Assembly (NCBI GenBank): GCA_028277325.1
Contig: JANQGL010000067.1
Coordinates: forward strand, 1-28,453
Source: Magnetospira sp.
GTDB taxonomy: Bacteria > Pseudomonadota > Alphaproteobacteria > Rhodospirillales > Magnetospiraceae
DNA length: 28,453 bases
Direction of reading: 5' to 3'
Shown here: positions 8,016-16,525 of the stretch, one piece after another
Layout: each line of letters opens with the position of its first letter
Position numbering within the stretch: position 1 is the stretch's first letter
The notes under the pieces: generated by a model
What the model saw: only the letters and a program-made list of their open reading frames with translations
Database searches by the model: none
Told to the model about the DNA's origin: nothing
Program-made: the position numbers and the translations under genes

Positions 8016-8101
8016 AATGCTATGGAGGCGGGGCGGTCGCCGGCCGGCGCCCCCGTCGGCGGCGCGACGGCGGCCGCGAAGAAAGCCGTTAGAGGGGAAC
8101 G

Positions 8102-9475
8102 ATGGGCGACGACACCGTCAAGTATCTGTTGCCGGAAAACCGTATTCCGCGAGCCTGGTACAACGTGATGGCCGACCTGCCGGAGCCGATGGCGCCGGTG
8201 CTGCATCCGGGGACCGGGCGGCCGGTCGGTCCGGACGACCTGGCGCCCCTGTTCCCCATGGCCTGCATCGCCCAGGAGATGGCGACCGAGCGCGAGATCG
8301 AGATTCCGGAGCCGGTGCGCGAGATCTACAAGCAGTGGCGGCCATCGCCCCTGTACCGGGCGCGCCGCCTGGAGAAGGCGCTCGATACCCCGGCCCGCAT
8401 CTACTACAAGTACGAGGGGGTCAGCCCGTCCGGCTCCCACAAGCCCAACACCGCCGTCGCCCAGGCCTTCTACAACAAGGAGGAAGGGGTCAAGCGCCTG
8501 ACCACCGAGACCGGGGCCGGCCAGTGGGGATCGTCGCTCGCCTTCGCCGGGCATATCTTCGGGCTCGAGGTGGACGTCTACATGGTCAAGGTGTCCTACG
8601 TCCAGAAGCCCTACCGGCGCGCCCTGATGGAGACCTACGGCGCCCGCTGCGTGCCCAGCCCGTCGACCGAGACGGCGGCCGGCCGCGCGATCCTGGAGGC
8701 CGACCCGGACTCCAACGGCGCCCTCGGCATCGCCATTTCGGAGGCGGTGGAGATGGCGGCGCAACGCGACGACACCAGGTATTCCCTGGGCAGCGTGCTC
8801 AACCACGTGCTGCTGCACCAGACGGTGACCGGCCTGGAGGCCCTGGAACAGATGGACATGGCCGGCGACCAGCCGGACGTGGTGATCGGCTGCGCCGGCG
8901 GCGGCTCCAACTTCGCCGGCCTGGCCAGCCCGTTCGTCGGCAGGAAGATCGCGGGCCAGATGTCGCCGCGCATCGTCGCCGTCGAGCCGGCCGCCTGCCC
9001 GACCCTGACCCGCGGCCGCTTCGCCTACGATTTCGGCGACACCGCGCACCTGACCCCGCTGGTCAAGATGCACACCCTGGGCGCCTCCTTCATGCCGCCG
9101 GGGTTCCATGCCGGCGGCCTGCGCTACCACGGCATGGGACCGATCGTCAGCCACCTGCTGCACCTGGGCCTGATCGAGGCGGTGTCGCATCATCAGCTCG
9201 GCTGCTTCGAGGCCGGGGTCCTGTTCGCGCGCGCCGAGGGCATCGTGCCGGCGCCGGAATCGACCCACGCCGTGAAGGAGACGGTCGACGAGGCATTGCG
9301 CTGCAAGGCCGAGGGCAGGTCGCGGGCGATCCTGTTCAATCTGTCCGGTCACGGACATTTCGACATGCAGGCCTACACCGATTTCTTCGATGGCAGGCTG
9401 CAGGACCGCGACTACGACCAGACGGCCCTCGACCGTTCGCTGGCCGCGCTGCCCGACGTGGCCGCCGCCGAGTAG
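8102..9475 (+). CDS. trpB2: Tryptophan synthase beta chain, type 2 (TrpB-like PLP enzyme)
   Basis: [31 protein letters not shown] (PLP lysine), [65 protein letters not shown]. No trpA adjacent. Confidence 0.95.
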   Translation: MGDDTVKYLLPENRIPRAWYNVMADLPEPMAPVLHPGTGRPVGPDDLAPLFPMACIAQEMATEREIEIPEPVREIYKQWRPSPLYRARRLEKALDTPARIYYKYEGVSPSGSHKPNTAVAQAFYNKEEGVKRLTTETGAGQWGSSLAFAGHIFGLEVDVYMVKVSYVQKPYRRALMETYGARCVPSPSTETAAGRAILEADPDSNGALGIAISEAVEMAAQRDDTRYSLGSVLNHVLLHQTVTGLEALEQMDMAGDQPDVVIGCAGGGSNFAGLASPFVGRKIAGQMSPRIVAVEPAACPTLTRGRFAYDFGDTAHLTPLVKMHTLGASFMPPGFHAGGLRYHGMGPIVSHLLHLGLIEAVSHHQLGCFEAGVLFARAEGIVPAPESTHAVKETVDEALRCKAEGRSRAILFNLSGHGHFDMQAYTDFFDGRLQDRDYDQTALDRSLAALPDVAAAE

Positions 9476-9517
9476 GTGGCGCCGGGTCCTGCGTAAGGGA
9501 ACTGTCGCTTGATCCGC

Positions 9518-9545
9518 TCGCAAGTGTAAAAAACTTTGTTATAGT
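9518..9545 (+). promoter_or_regulatory. Candidate extended -10 promoter for the DUF1015 gene
   Basis: TCGCAA, 16-nt spacer, then TG-t-TATAGT (9537-9545) in an AT-rich patch. Confidence 0.4.
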
Positions 9546-9598
9546 TCCGCCGACTCGTCGAACCGCGACGCGGCGTCGAAACTCCTGGGGGAGACACC

Positions 9599-10861
9599 TT
9601 GTCCGAGAAACCGAAGACCGCGTCGCCGCCTTTGATGAGGGCCTTCAACGGCCTGCGGCCGCTGCCCGAGTACGCCGCCGACGTGGCCGCGCCGCCCTAC
9701 GACGTGGTGAGCTTCGAGGAGGCGCGCGACCTTGCCAAGGGGAAGCCCTGGAGCTTCCTGCACATCTCGCGGCCGGAGATCGACCTGCCCGAAGGCACCG
9801 ATCCCTACGCCGACGAGGTCTACACCACCGGAGCCGAGAACCTGACCCGTCTGGTCGATCGCGGCGTGCTGGTGCGCGACCCGGCGCCCAGCTTCTATGT
9901 CTACCGCTTGAAGTCGGAAGATCACGAACAGATCGGCGTGGTCGGCGCCGCATCGGTGGCCGCCTACGACAGCAACCGGATCCGCCGTCACGAACTGACC
10001 CGGCCGGCCAAGGAGGACGACCGGGTGCGCCAGATCGACGTGGTCAACGCGCAGACCGGCCCGGTCCTGCTGGCGCATCGGCCCAATGCGCACCTGGACG
10101 ACGTGCTGCGCGGCGCCACGGAGAGCGCGCCGGACTACGCGGTGACCGATCAGAACATGGTCGAGCACGCCGTCTGGGCGCTGTCCGACGCCGCCACCCT
10201 GGCGCGGGTCGGCAAGCTGTTCGAGGCCATGAAGGCGGTCTACATCGCCGACGGGCATCATCGCTCGGCCGCCGCCTCGCGGGTCGCCGCCATGCGGCGC
10301 GAAAGCAATCCCTACCAGCGCGGCGACGAAGTCTACGAGTCCTTCCTCGCGGTGTCGTTCCCCAGCGACCAGATGCGGATCCTGGACTACAACCGGGTGA
10401 TCCGCGACCTCGGCGACCTGTCGGCCGACGCCTTCCTGAACAGGATCCGCGAGCGGTTTTCGGTCGAGCCGTCCGAGGCGGCGGTGCGGCCGCGCGCCAA
10501 GGCGGAATTCGGACTGTACATGGGCGGACGCTGGTATCGCCTGCGGGCCCTGACGCCGCCGTCCGACGATCCGCGCGAATCGCTCGACGTCTCGATCCTG
10601 GCGCACCGGCTGCTCGAACCGCTCCTCGGCGTCACCGACGCGCGGCGCGACCCGCGGATCGATTTCGTGGGCGGCATCCGCGGCCTCGGGGTGCTGGAAC
10701 AGCGGGTGGACCGGGACGGCTGGGCGGCGGCGTTCAGCCTGTTTCCCACCTCGATGGACGAATTGATGGCGGTGGCCGAGGCGGACGAGGTGATGCCGCC
10801 GAAATCCACATGGTTCGAACCCAAGCTGGCCGACGGCCTGGTCTCGTATCCCCTGGACTGA
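9599..10861 (+). CDS. DUF1015 family protein
   Basis: APPYDVVS, SFLHISRPEIDLP, IRRHELTRPAKEDDR, YIADGHHRSAAA, ILDYNRVI, IDFVGGIRG, MPPKSTWFEPKLADGL. TTG start preceded by GGGAGA. Confidence 0.92.
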   Translation: MSEKPKTASPPLMRAFNGLRPLPEYAADVAAPPYDVVSFEEARDLAKGKPWSFLHISRPEIDLPEGTDPYADEVYTTGAENLTRLVDRGVLVRDPAPSFYVYRLKSEDHEQIGVVGAASVAAYDSNRIRRHELTRPAKEDDRVRQIDVVNAQTGPVLLAHRPNAHLDDVLRGATESAPDYAVTDQNMVEHAVWALSDAATLARVGKLFEAMKAVYIADGHHRSAAASRVAAMRRESNPYQRGDEVYESFLAVSFPSDQMRILDYNRVIRDLGDLSADAFLNRIRERFSVEPSEAAVRPRAKAEFGLYMGGRWYRLRALTPPSDDPRESLDVSILAHRLLEPLLGVTDARRDPRIDFVGGIRGLGVLEQRVDRDGWAAAFSLFPTSMDELMAVAEADEVMPPKSTWFEPKLADGLVSYPLD

Positions 10862-10874
10862 AAGCGGACGCGCC

Positions 10875-11276
10875 ATGCAGAACCCACCAAGCGGCGGCAA
10901 ATGGGAGATCGGAATCCTGCGCCCGCGGTCCCACAAGGACGTCCTGGAAAGCCGCCTGATGGAGATGGAGGTGGACCCGGGCAGCCTGCCGAAAGGGTTC
11001 GTGGTCGAGTTGATCTCCCACCTGCACCGCCATTTCGTGGCCGAGCGCAAGGCGCGCATGAAACGTAAGGACGCCACCGGAACGGTGTCCCGGAAGCTGA
11101 CCCCGTTCAGCTTTCACATCACCCAGGCGGCGGTGCTGGTCGCCCTCGCCCTGTCGCCGCGCAAGGCGGCGCGCCGGTTCGCCGACCACCGGCCGGCGCC
11201 CAAGCGGCGCCTGATCGAGAACCTGCGGCCGGTGTTCAAGAAATACGGTCTCAAGATTTCGCTGCCGAACGCCTGA
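10875..11276 (+). CDS. Hypothetical basic protein (133 aa)
   Basis: ORF 13 nt after the DUF1015 stop with host-like GC3 codon usage; no recognised motif; overlaps the convergent gene by 26 nt. Confidence 0.55.
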   Translation: MQNPPSGGKWEIGILRPRSHKDVLESRLMEMEVDPGSLPKGFVVELISHLHRHFVAERKARMKRKDATGTVSRKLTPFSFHITQAAVLVALALSPRKAARRFADHRPAPKRRLIENLRPVFKKYGLKISLPNA

Positions 11277-14200
11277 CCGGTCCGCTCTCCGGATCGTGGC
11301 CGCAGATGCTCAGCGCCTCGAACAGGTCGAAGCAGATGCGGGCGTCGTCGGCCCATTCCAGGAGATCCGCCGTCCCCTGGCGCCAGGCCTCGAAGCCGGG
11401 AAAATCGCCGTCCAGGGTCTCCATGTCCCGGAATCCCATGCTCCAGTCGGGAAACAGGCGGCGGCGCGTGAGTCCGTGCACCACCATGCGCACGTCACGG
11501 TGGCGGTCGTCCCTGACGATCCGGTCCATCAGCTCGTCGACGGTCTCCACCGGGCCCTCGAGCATCTGCATGAACCGTCCGTGGCGATAGACGAGGAAGC
11601 CGGTGATGCCGTTGCGCGCGTTGAACTGCCGCGAGGCGTCCAGGATCCGAACCAGATCGTCGCGGCCGAGCGGCCGGCGCGCTTGGCTGATATAGATCAA
11701 GTAGCGCAGCTCCAGGGCCGGCGCGAGGCGTGCCGTCGGTTTGTTGCGGAGTGCCTGGAAAAGGTCGGGCTCGGTCAGCGGACGATAGAAGAGGTATCCC
11801 TGCACGCGGTCGCAGCCCATGTTGCGGAGCTGCTCCAACTGGGCCCGGGTCTCCACGCCTTCGGCGACCAGGTCCTTTCCCAGTTCCTTGGCCATCTTGG
11901 TGATCGTCCGGGTGATGAGCCGCGAATCCCGGCGCCGGTCCATGCCGTCGATGAACTCGCGGTCGATCTTGACGGTGGAGATGGGCAGCCTCAGGAGTTG
12001 CAGAAGCGACGAATATCCGGTGCCGAAATCGTCGATCGCGATCCGGAGTCCGAGGTCGCACAGCCGGTCGAGCACGTTGAGATCGGAGTCCGCGTCCACG
12101 GTCAGCGAGGTTTCGGTCAGTTCGAGGACGATCCGCTGCGGGTCGGCGCCGCGATCGATGATGGCGGCGTTGAAGTCGCTCACCAGGTCGGGGTCGATGA
12201 GCTGGCGCACCGAGATGTTGACGGTCAGGTAGGGGGCGGCGTCGCCGAACGCCTCGCGCAGCCGGACCTCGGTCGCGCAGGCCTGCTCGAACACCCAGCG
12301 CCCGATGCGCAGGATGGCGCCGGTGGATTCGGCGATCGGCACGAACTGATCGGGCCCCACCTGGCCGAACTCCGGGGTCCATCGCAGCAATGTCTCGGCG
12401 CCGACGATGGTGCCGTCCCAGGTCGACACGATCGGCTGGTAAAGGATGTTGAGCTCACGGCGGTCCAGCGCCAGGTCGAGCCCCTCGATGATGCGCAGCT
12501 GACGCCGCGAGGCCTCTTCCAGGTCCTCCGAGAAGAACCGCCACCCGTTGCCGCCCCGCGCCTTGGCGTCGCGCATGGCGGTCGTGGCGTCGCGGATCAG
12601 GTCGTCGGCGCCCGTTCCGGCGTCCTGATTTCGGGCGAAGCCGACGCTTGCCGCGATCCCGAACAGGCGGTCGTCCAGTTCGAACGGCTGGCGCAGGGCG
12701 TCCACCAGACGTCCGGCGAGGCCGGCAAGGTCACCGAGATCATGGGGCTGCTCGCATATGAGGGCGAATTCGTCGGCCCCCAGGTGGGCGAACGTGCGGC
12801 CGCGGCCGGCCAGTTCCATCAGGCGATCGGCAACATTCTTGAGCAGGCGGTCTCCCAGCCGATGCCCGGCGGTGTCGTTGATCACCTTGAACCGGTCCAG
12901 GTCGATCATGAACAACGTGACCGGGTCGCCCCCCGTGTTCCGCCACCGTTTCAGGGCGTTGGACAGGCGCTTGCGGAACAGGTGGCGGTTCGGCAGGCCG
13001 GTCATCGGGTCGTGGGTGGCGCGGCGCAGCAGCTCGTCCTCGTGGCGTTTGCGTTCGGAGATGTCGCGCAGGGTGGCGACGAGAATCCGTTTCCCGTTGA
13101 CCATGAATTTGGCGAGGCTGGCCTCGGCCGGGAACGTGGAGCCGTTCTGCCGATAGCCCATGACGTCGCGGCGCTGGCTCATCAAGGCCTCGCGCTCCTC
13201 GGCTTGGAGGAACGATCCGAGCAGACGACGGTGTCGGTCGCGCATTTGCGGCGGCAGCAGCATATGGACCGACAGGCCCAGCATGCTCGGGCGGGAGTAG
13301 CCGAACATCTCCGTCGCGCCGGCGTTGACGTGCTGGATGATGCCGTCCTCGTCGGTGGCGATCACCGCCACGTCGGCGACCGAGAGGATTTGGTCCAGAT
13401 GCGCCGGGTCGGAGTCCGGGAGTCTGGGGGCTGAACAGACCAGCACGACGCGCCTTGGGGCTGAGTCATCCCCGCCGACCGGGTCAAGGGTGCATGTGAG
13501 GCTGAGCGTCGTCCCATCGAGGTTGCCGGCCTTAAGGGTGGCGCTCCGTTCCGTTCCGGCGTCGGCGATCTCCCGGCACAGGCGTTCGAACGCCTGCGGG
13601 TCGGCCCACAAGTCTCTCGCCAGCATGCCGGTGCGGACCATATCTCCGACCCAAAGCGCCCGAAAGGCACGGTTGGCATGGCCAACCGTGCCGTCCGGCT
13701 CGATGATGGCGATCGGGAGCGCGGCGGGGCGGGTGGCGGTCGGTCCGGGCTTCGCGGTCCGTAGCATGGACGCGGCGCCCTTGCGCGCGTCGGCGAGATA
13801 GCGGTCCGGGACCTGCGGCCTGATCGAACCGAAGGCGCGCAGGATATTGAACATCCCGTCGGCCCGGCATCGTCCCAGGTAGCTGTTCACGACCAGGTTG
13901 CGGGTGTTCGGGTCCATCCTTACATGGCCCTGAGGGGCGGTCATTTCAAACCCCGCCAAGGCCTCGGCGATGATCTCGCCGTCGGTTTCCCCGGTCCGAT
14001 TGGCCGCCCAGGCGAACGCGTGGATGGCGATGTAGGCGCTTTCGCCGAAATGGCTCATCGGCGTGCCTCCGCGCGGCGCCAGGCCGCTCGTCTCGGGCAT
14101 GTTCCGGAGTCCGGCCAGCCAGTCCCGGTTGCGCGGGGTGCCCAGGGTCATGAAATAGCTGTTGACGGCGTACAGGCCGTGGCGGGCCTCCGGGCTCAGG

Positions 14201-14907
14201 AAGCGGCTCAGCGATTCGGTGAGGTGCCCGGCCAGGACGGCGGTCCGGGAGGCCTGTCCGTGGCGGTGCAGCTGCCGCAGGAGTTCGATCTGGCGCTGTC
14301 CGGCGAACACCGGCACGAACACGTCGGCCCCGGAACGCGCCAGGCGATCCAGCGTGCCGCCGATCTCCGCCATGTCGTCCGTGTAGACCTCGCCGACCAG
14401 TTCGCCGCCGGCCGACCGAAGGATGGCGGCGGCGGCGGCGATGGCGCCGCGCGGCCATTCGTGGTTGCTGCCGACGAAGAACACCTTCGGCCCCAGGGTT
14501 TCCACCACGTAGGGCAGGGCGGCGCCGAGTTGCTGGTTGGGCAGGGCGCCGAAGCTGTAGAAAAGGGGGCTCGACAGGCTGCCTTCGTTGAGGGAGTACC
14601 CGAGCAAGGGTATCCGTCGCGGCTCGGAGACCAGCTGCGACACCGCGATGCGGGTATTGGACAGGACGTTGCCGAGCAAGGCCACGCATCCGAAGGTGTC
14701 GACCAGGCTCTCCGCCGCCGCGATGGCGGTTTCGGTGCGGCTGCCGTCGTCGACCATGACCATTTCGAGCGGGTACCCGAGGATCCCGCCGGCGCCGTTG
14801 ACCTCGTCGCGCGCCTTGCACGCCGCCCGCAGAATTTCGGTGCCATAGGCCTCGGCGGCTCCGGACAGCGGCACCATCAGGCCCAGCTTGATGGACTCGC
14901 CGCCCAT
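11251..14907 (-). CDS. Multidomain c-di-GMP enzyme: AmiC/UrtA-like binding domain, PAS, PAS, GGDEF, EAL, BLUF
   Basis: IKLGLMVPLSG...EVNGAGGILG...FVGSNHEWPR (type I PBP); PAS DEDGIIQHVNAGATEMFGY...HRRLL...YRQNGSTFPAEAS; HDPMTGLPNR...DLDRFKVINDTAGH...LGADEF; YQP...ETLLRW...ELTE...IDDFGTGYSS...KID...AEGVE; LIYISQ...NARNGITGFL...FMQMLEG...FPDWSMGF. Confidence 0.92.
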   Translation of the reverse strand: MGGESIKLGLMVPLSGAAEAYGTEILRAACKARDEVNGAGGILGYPLEMVMVDDGSRTETAIAAAESLVDTFGCVALLGNVLSNTRIAVSQLVSEPRRIPLLGYSLNEGSLSSPLFYSFGALPNQQLGAALPYVVETLGPKVFFVGSNHEWPRGAIAAAAAILRSAGGELVGEVYTDDMAEIGGTLDRLARSGADVFVPVFAGQRQIELLRQLHRHGQASRTAVLAGHLTESLSRFLSPEARHGLYAVNSYFMTLGTPRNRDWLAGLRNMPETSGLAPRGGTPMSHFGESAYIAIHAFAWAANRTGETDGEIIAEALAGFEMTAPQGHVRMDPNTRNLVVNSYLGRCRADGMFNILRAFGSIRPQVPDRYLADARKGAASMLRTAKPGPTATRPAALPIAIIEPDGTVGHANRAFRALWVGDMVRTGMLARDLWADPQAFERLCREIADAGTERSATLKAGNLDGTTLSLTCTLDPVGGDDSAPRRVVLVCSAPRLPDSDPAHLDQILSVADVAVIATDEDGIIQHVNAGATEMFGYSRPSMLGLSVHMLLPPQMRDRHRRLLGSFLQAEEREALMSQRRDVMGYRQNGSTFPAEASLAKFMVNGKRILVATLRDISERKRHEDELLRRATHDPMTGLPNRHLFRKRLSNALKRWRNTGGDPVTLFMIDLDRFKVINDTAGHRLGDRLLKNVADRLMELAGRGRTFAHLGADEFALICEQPHDLGDLAGLAGRLVDALRQPFELDDRLFGIAASVGFARNQDAGTGADDLIRDATTAMRDAKARGGNGWRFFSEDLEEASRRQLRIIEGLDLALDRRELNILYQPIVSTWDGTIVGAETLLRWTPEFGQVGPDQFVPIAESTGAILRIGRWVFEQACATEVRLREAFGDAAPYLTVNISVRQLIDPDLVSDFNAAIIDRGADPQRIVLELTETSLTVDADSDLNVLDRLCDLGLRIAIDDFGTGYSSLLQLLRLPISTVKIDREFIDGMDRRRDSRLITRTITKMAKELGKDLVAEGVETRAQLEQLRNMGCDRVQGYLFYRPLTEPDLFQALRNKPTARLAPALELRYLIYISQARRPLGRDDLVRILDASRQFNARNGITGFLVYRHGRFMQMLEGPVETVDELMDRIVRDDRHRDVRMVVHGLTRRRLFPDWSMGFRDMETLDGDFPGFEAWRQGTADLLEWADDARICFDLFEALSICGHDPESGPVRRSAAKS

Positions 14908-15062
14908 GGTTCAGTCCCCGACTTCCTGTCCAAAAGGATTACTGTGCGACACCGTAACGCAGTTCACCCGCTTCCGCCACCCTCAATAAAGGCCAATCAC
15001 GGCCCCAATACCCGAACCGTTGACGAATTACAGAAGGTGCCCATAAGGCAACGGCGTTGCGT

Positions 15063-15776
15063 TCAGAAACCGAGAAAGCCGGTCATCCAGGCGCCGACGC
15101 GTGACGCGTCGGTCGTCGTCTCCGGACGATCCAGCTCGGCCGCGCGAGCCATGGCCTCGTCCCCGGGGAGGAGACGGCCGGCCAGCCGGCGAAGCGTCGC
15201 CGACGTATATGCATGTGTGAATTCCGGATGCGCCTGCAGCGAGATCGCCGGCTGCGGGTAGGCGACTCCCGCGCAGGGGCAGAAATCGGAATACGCGAAC
15301 ACCGTCGCGCCGGGCGGCGCAATGACCACCTGGTCCCGATGCAGGGCGTTGAGGCACAGGGTGCCCGGTCCATCGTCCATCCAGGCAAGGCGCCGGTCGA
15401 GCCGGTAGCAATGCCGTCCGAACCCCCATCCGCCCGCCGCCTTTTCGACCCGGCCGCCGAACGCCTGGGCCATCACCTGATGGCCGAAGCAGATTCCAAT
15501 GGTCGGCACGCCGGCTTGGGTGGCGGATTGGAGGAAGGCCTCGAGACGGCGGATCCAGGGATCGGGGTCGTAGGCCGACTTGCGCGATCCGGTCACCAGC
15601 CACCCGTCGCAGGCGGTGACCGAGTCCGGGAAACGGTCGGCGTGGACGTCGTAGACCCGGTCCCTGAACCCGGGTGCCGCGGCGACCAGCAGGCGGCGGA
15701 ACATCGCGGCGTAATCACCGTGCGTCCGAACGACCTCCGGCGGCAGGGTGTCCGCTTGCAGAATCCCGACAATCAT
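15063..15776 (-). CDS. Class I glutamine amidotransferase-like protein (stand-alone)
   Basis: DGWLVTGSRKSAYD, IGICFGHQVMAQAFGG (nucleophile elbow Cys), LQAHPEF (His-Glu). Confidence 0.92.
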   Translation of the reverse strand: MIVGILQADTLPPEVVRTHGDYAAMFRRLLVAAAPGFRDRVYDVHADRFPDSVTACDGWLVTGSRKSAYDPDPWIRRLEAFLQSATQAGVPTIGICFGHQVMAQAFGGRVEKAAGGWGFGRHCYRLDRRLAWMDDGPGTLCLNALHRDQVVIAPPGATVFAYSDFCPCAGVAYPQPAISLQAHPEFTHAYTSATLRRLAGRLLPGDEAMARAAELDRPETTTDASRVGAWMTGFLGF

Positions 15777-15887
15777 ACCGGTTCGTCGATGGCCAGACCC
15801 TGGGCGGCGACCCGGGATGCGGGCATGCGTTCAGCTGACATTTTTATCGGGCCATAGCCTAGTTTTTTTTATATTAGTATAAATTTA

Positions 15888-15956
15888 TAGTGCAATGCAC
15901 TACATTTTCATGAATGAATGATCGTTCGCGAAAGGGATTGCGAAGAAAACCGCAAT
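15888..15956. promoter_or_regulatory. Cluster of inverted repeats in the AT-rich divergent control region
   Basis: TAGTGCA-a-TGCACTA (15888-15902), ATTT-N8-GAAT (15904-15919) and ATTGCG-N8-CGCAAT (15937-15956). Confidence 0.5.
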
Positions 15957-16141
15957 TGAATCAAATCCCTTCCAGGGACACCGTATAGTATTTCATTTTG
16001 CGGCGCACATCAAGTCCGAGAAAAAAGGTCTTTCAAAGGTCGGTGGATCATCTATATTCTTAATCTGAAAATGGTTATTCGGCTAGTCTGCCGGGAGACC
16101 GAACAAAAAACACAACATAAAACTCGGAGGATTGCTGGGAA

Positions 16142-16492
16142 ATGGATCTTGAGATTTTCCAGGCCAACGTACGCCAGGCCAGCGAACTGCTAAAGGCGAT
16201 GAGCAACCCGCACCGGCTTCTTGTGCTGTGTCAATTGGCCGGCGGCGAGAAAACGGTCGGCCAGTTGGAGGATGTTGTCGGGCTCAAGCAGTCCGCCCTG
16301 TCACAGCATTTGGCGCGTCTGCGCCGCGACCGCTTGGTACAGGCCCGGCGTTCGGCCCAGAACGTCTATTACTCCCTGGACGGGGAGGAAGCGGAAGCGA
16401 TCATCGAAACCCTGTATGGGTTGTACTGCGCCCCGGCGGGATCGGGGACCGGCGACGTGGAGGGCGAGACCTGCGCGGTCAACGCCGCCTGA
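16142..16492 (+). CDS. ArsR/SmtB family regulator, SqrR/BigR (two-cysteine) type
   Basis: ASELLKAMSNPHRLLVLCQL, QSALSQHLARLR, VYYSL, LYGLYC. Cys in helix 2 and near the C-terminus match the BigR/SqrR pair. GGAGG upstream. Confidence 0.9.
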   Translation: MDLEIFQANVRQASELLKAMSNPHRLLVLCQLAGGEKTVGQLEDVVGLKQSALSQHLARLRRDRLVQARRSAQNVYYSLDGEEAEAIIETLYGLYCAPAGSGTGDVEGETCAVNAA

Positions 16493-16525
16493 TCGACCGG
16501 GGCCGCGGCCCCGGCCGGCCGATCA
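16490..16525. terminator. Hairpin between convergent genes
   Basis: Perfect 18-bp palindrome CCGGGGCCGCGGCCCCGG (16497-16514) flanked by TGATCG...CGATCA, which overlap both stop codons; no U-tract. Confidence 0.45.

Noticed and set aside
14908-15062. Sigma54 promoter or c-di-GMP riboswitch upstream of the BLUF gene
   Set aside because: The minus-strand TGGC lacks GC at the -12 position, and no GEMM-type tetraloop/receptor pattern could be identified by eye.
15888-15902. NtrC site for the TGCAC-containing dyad
   Set aside because: Half-sites are in the reverse arrangement (GTGCA-a-TGCAC) with the wrong spacing relative to TGCAC-N7-GTGCA.
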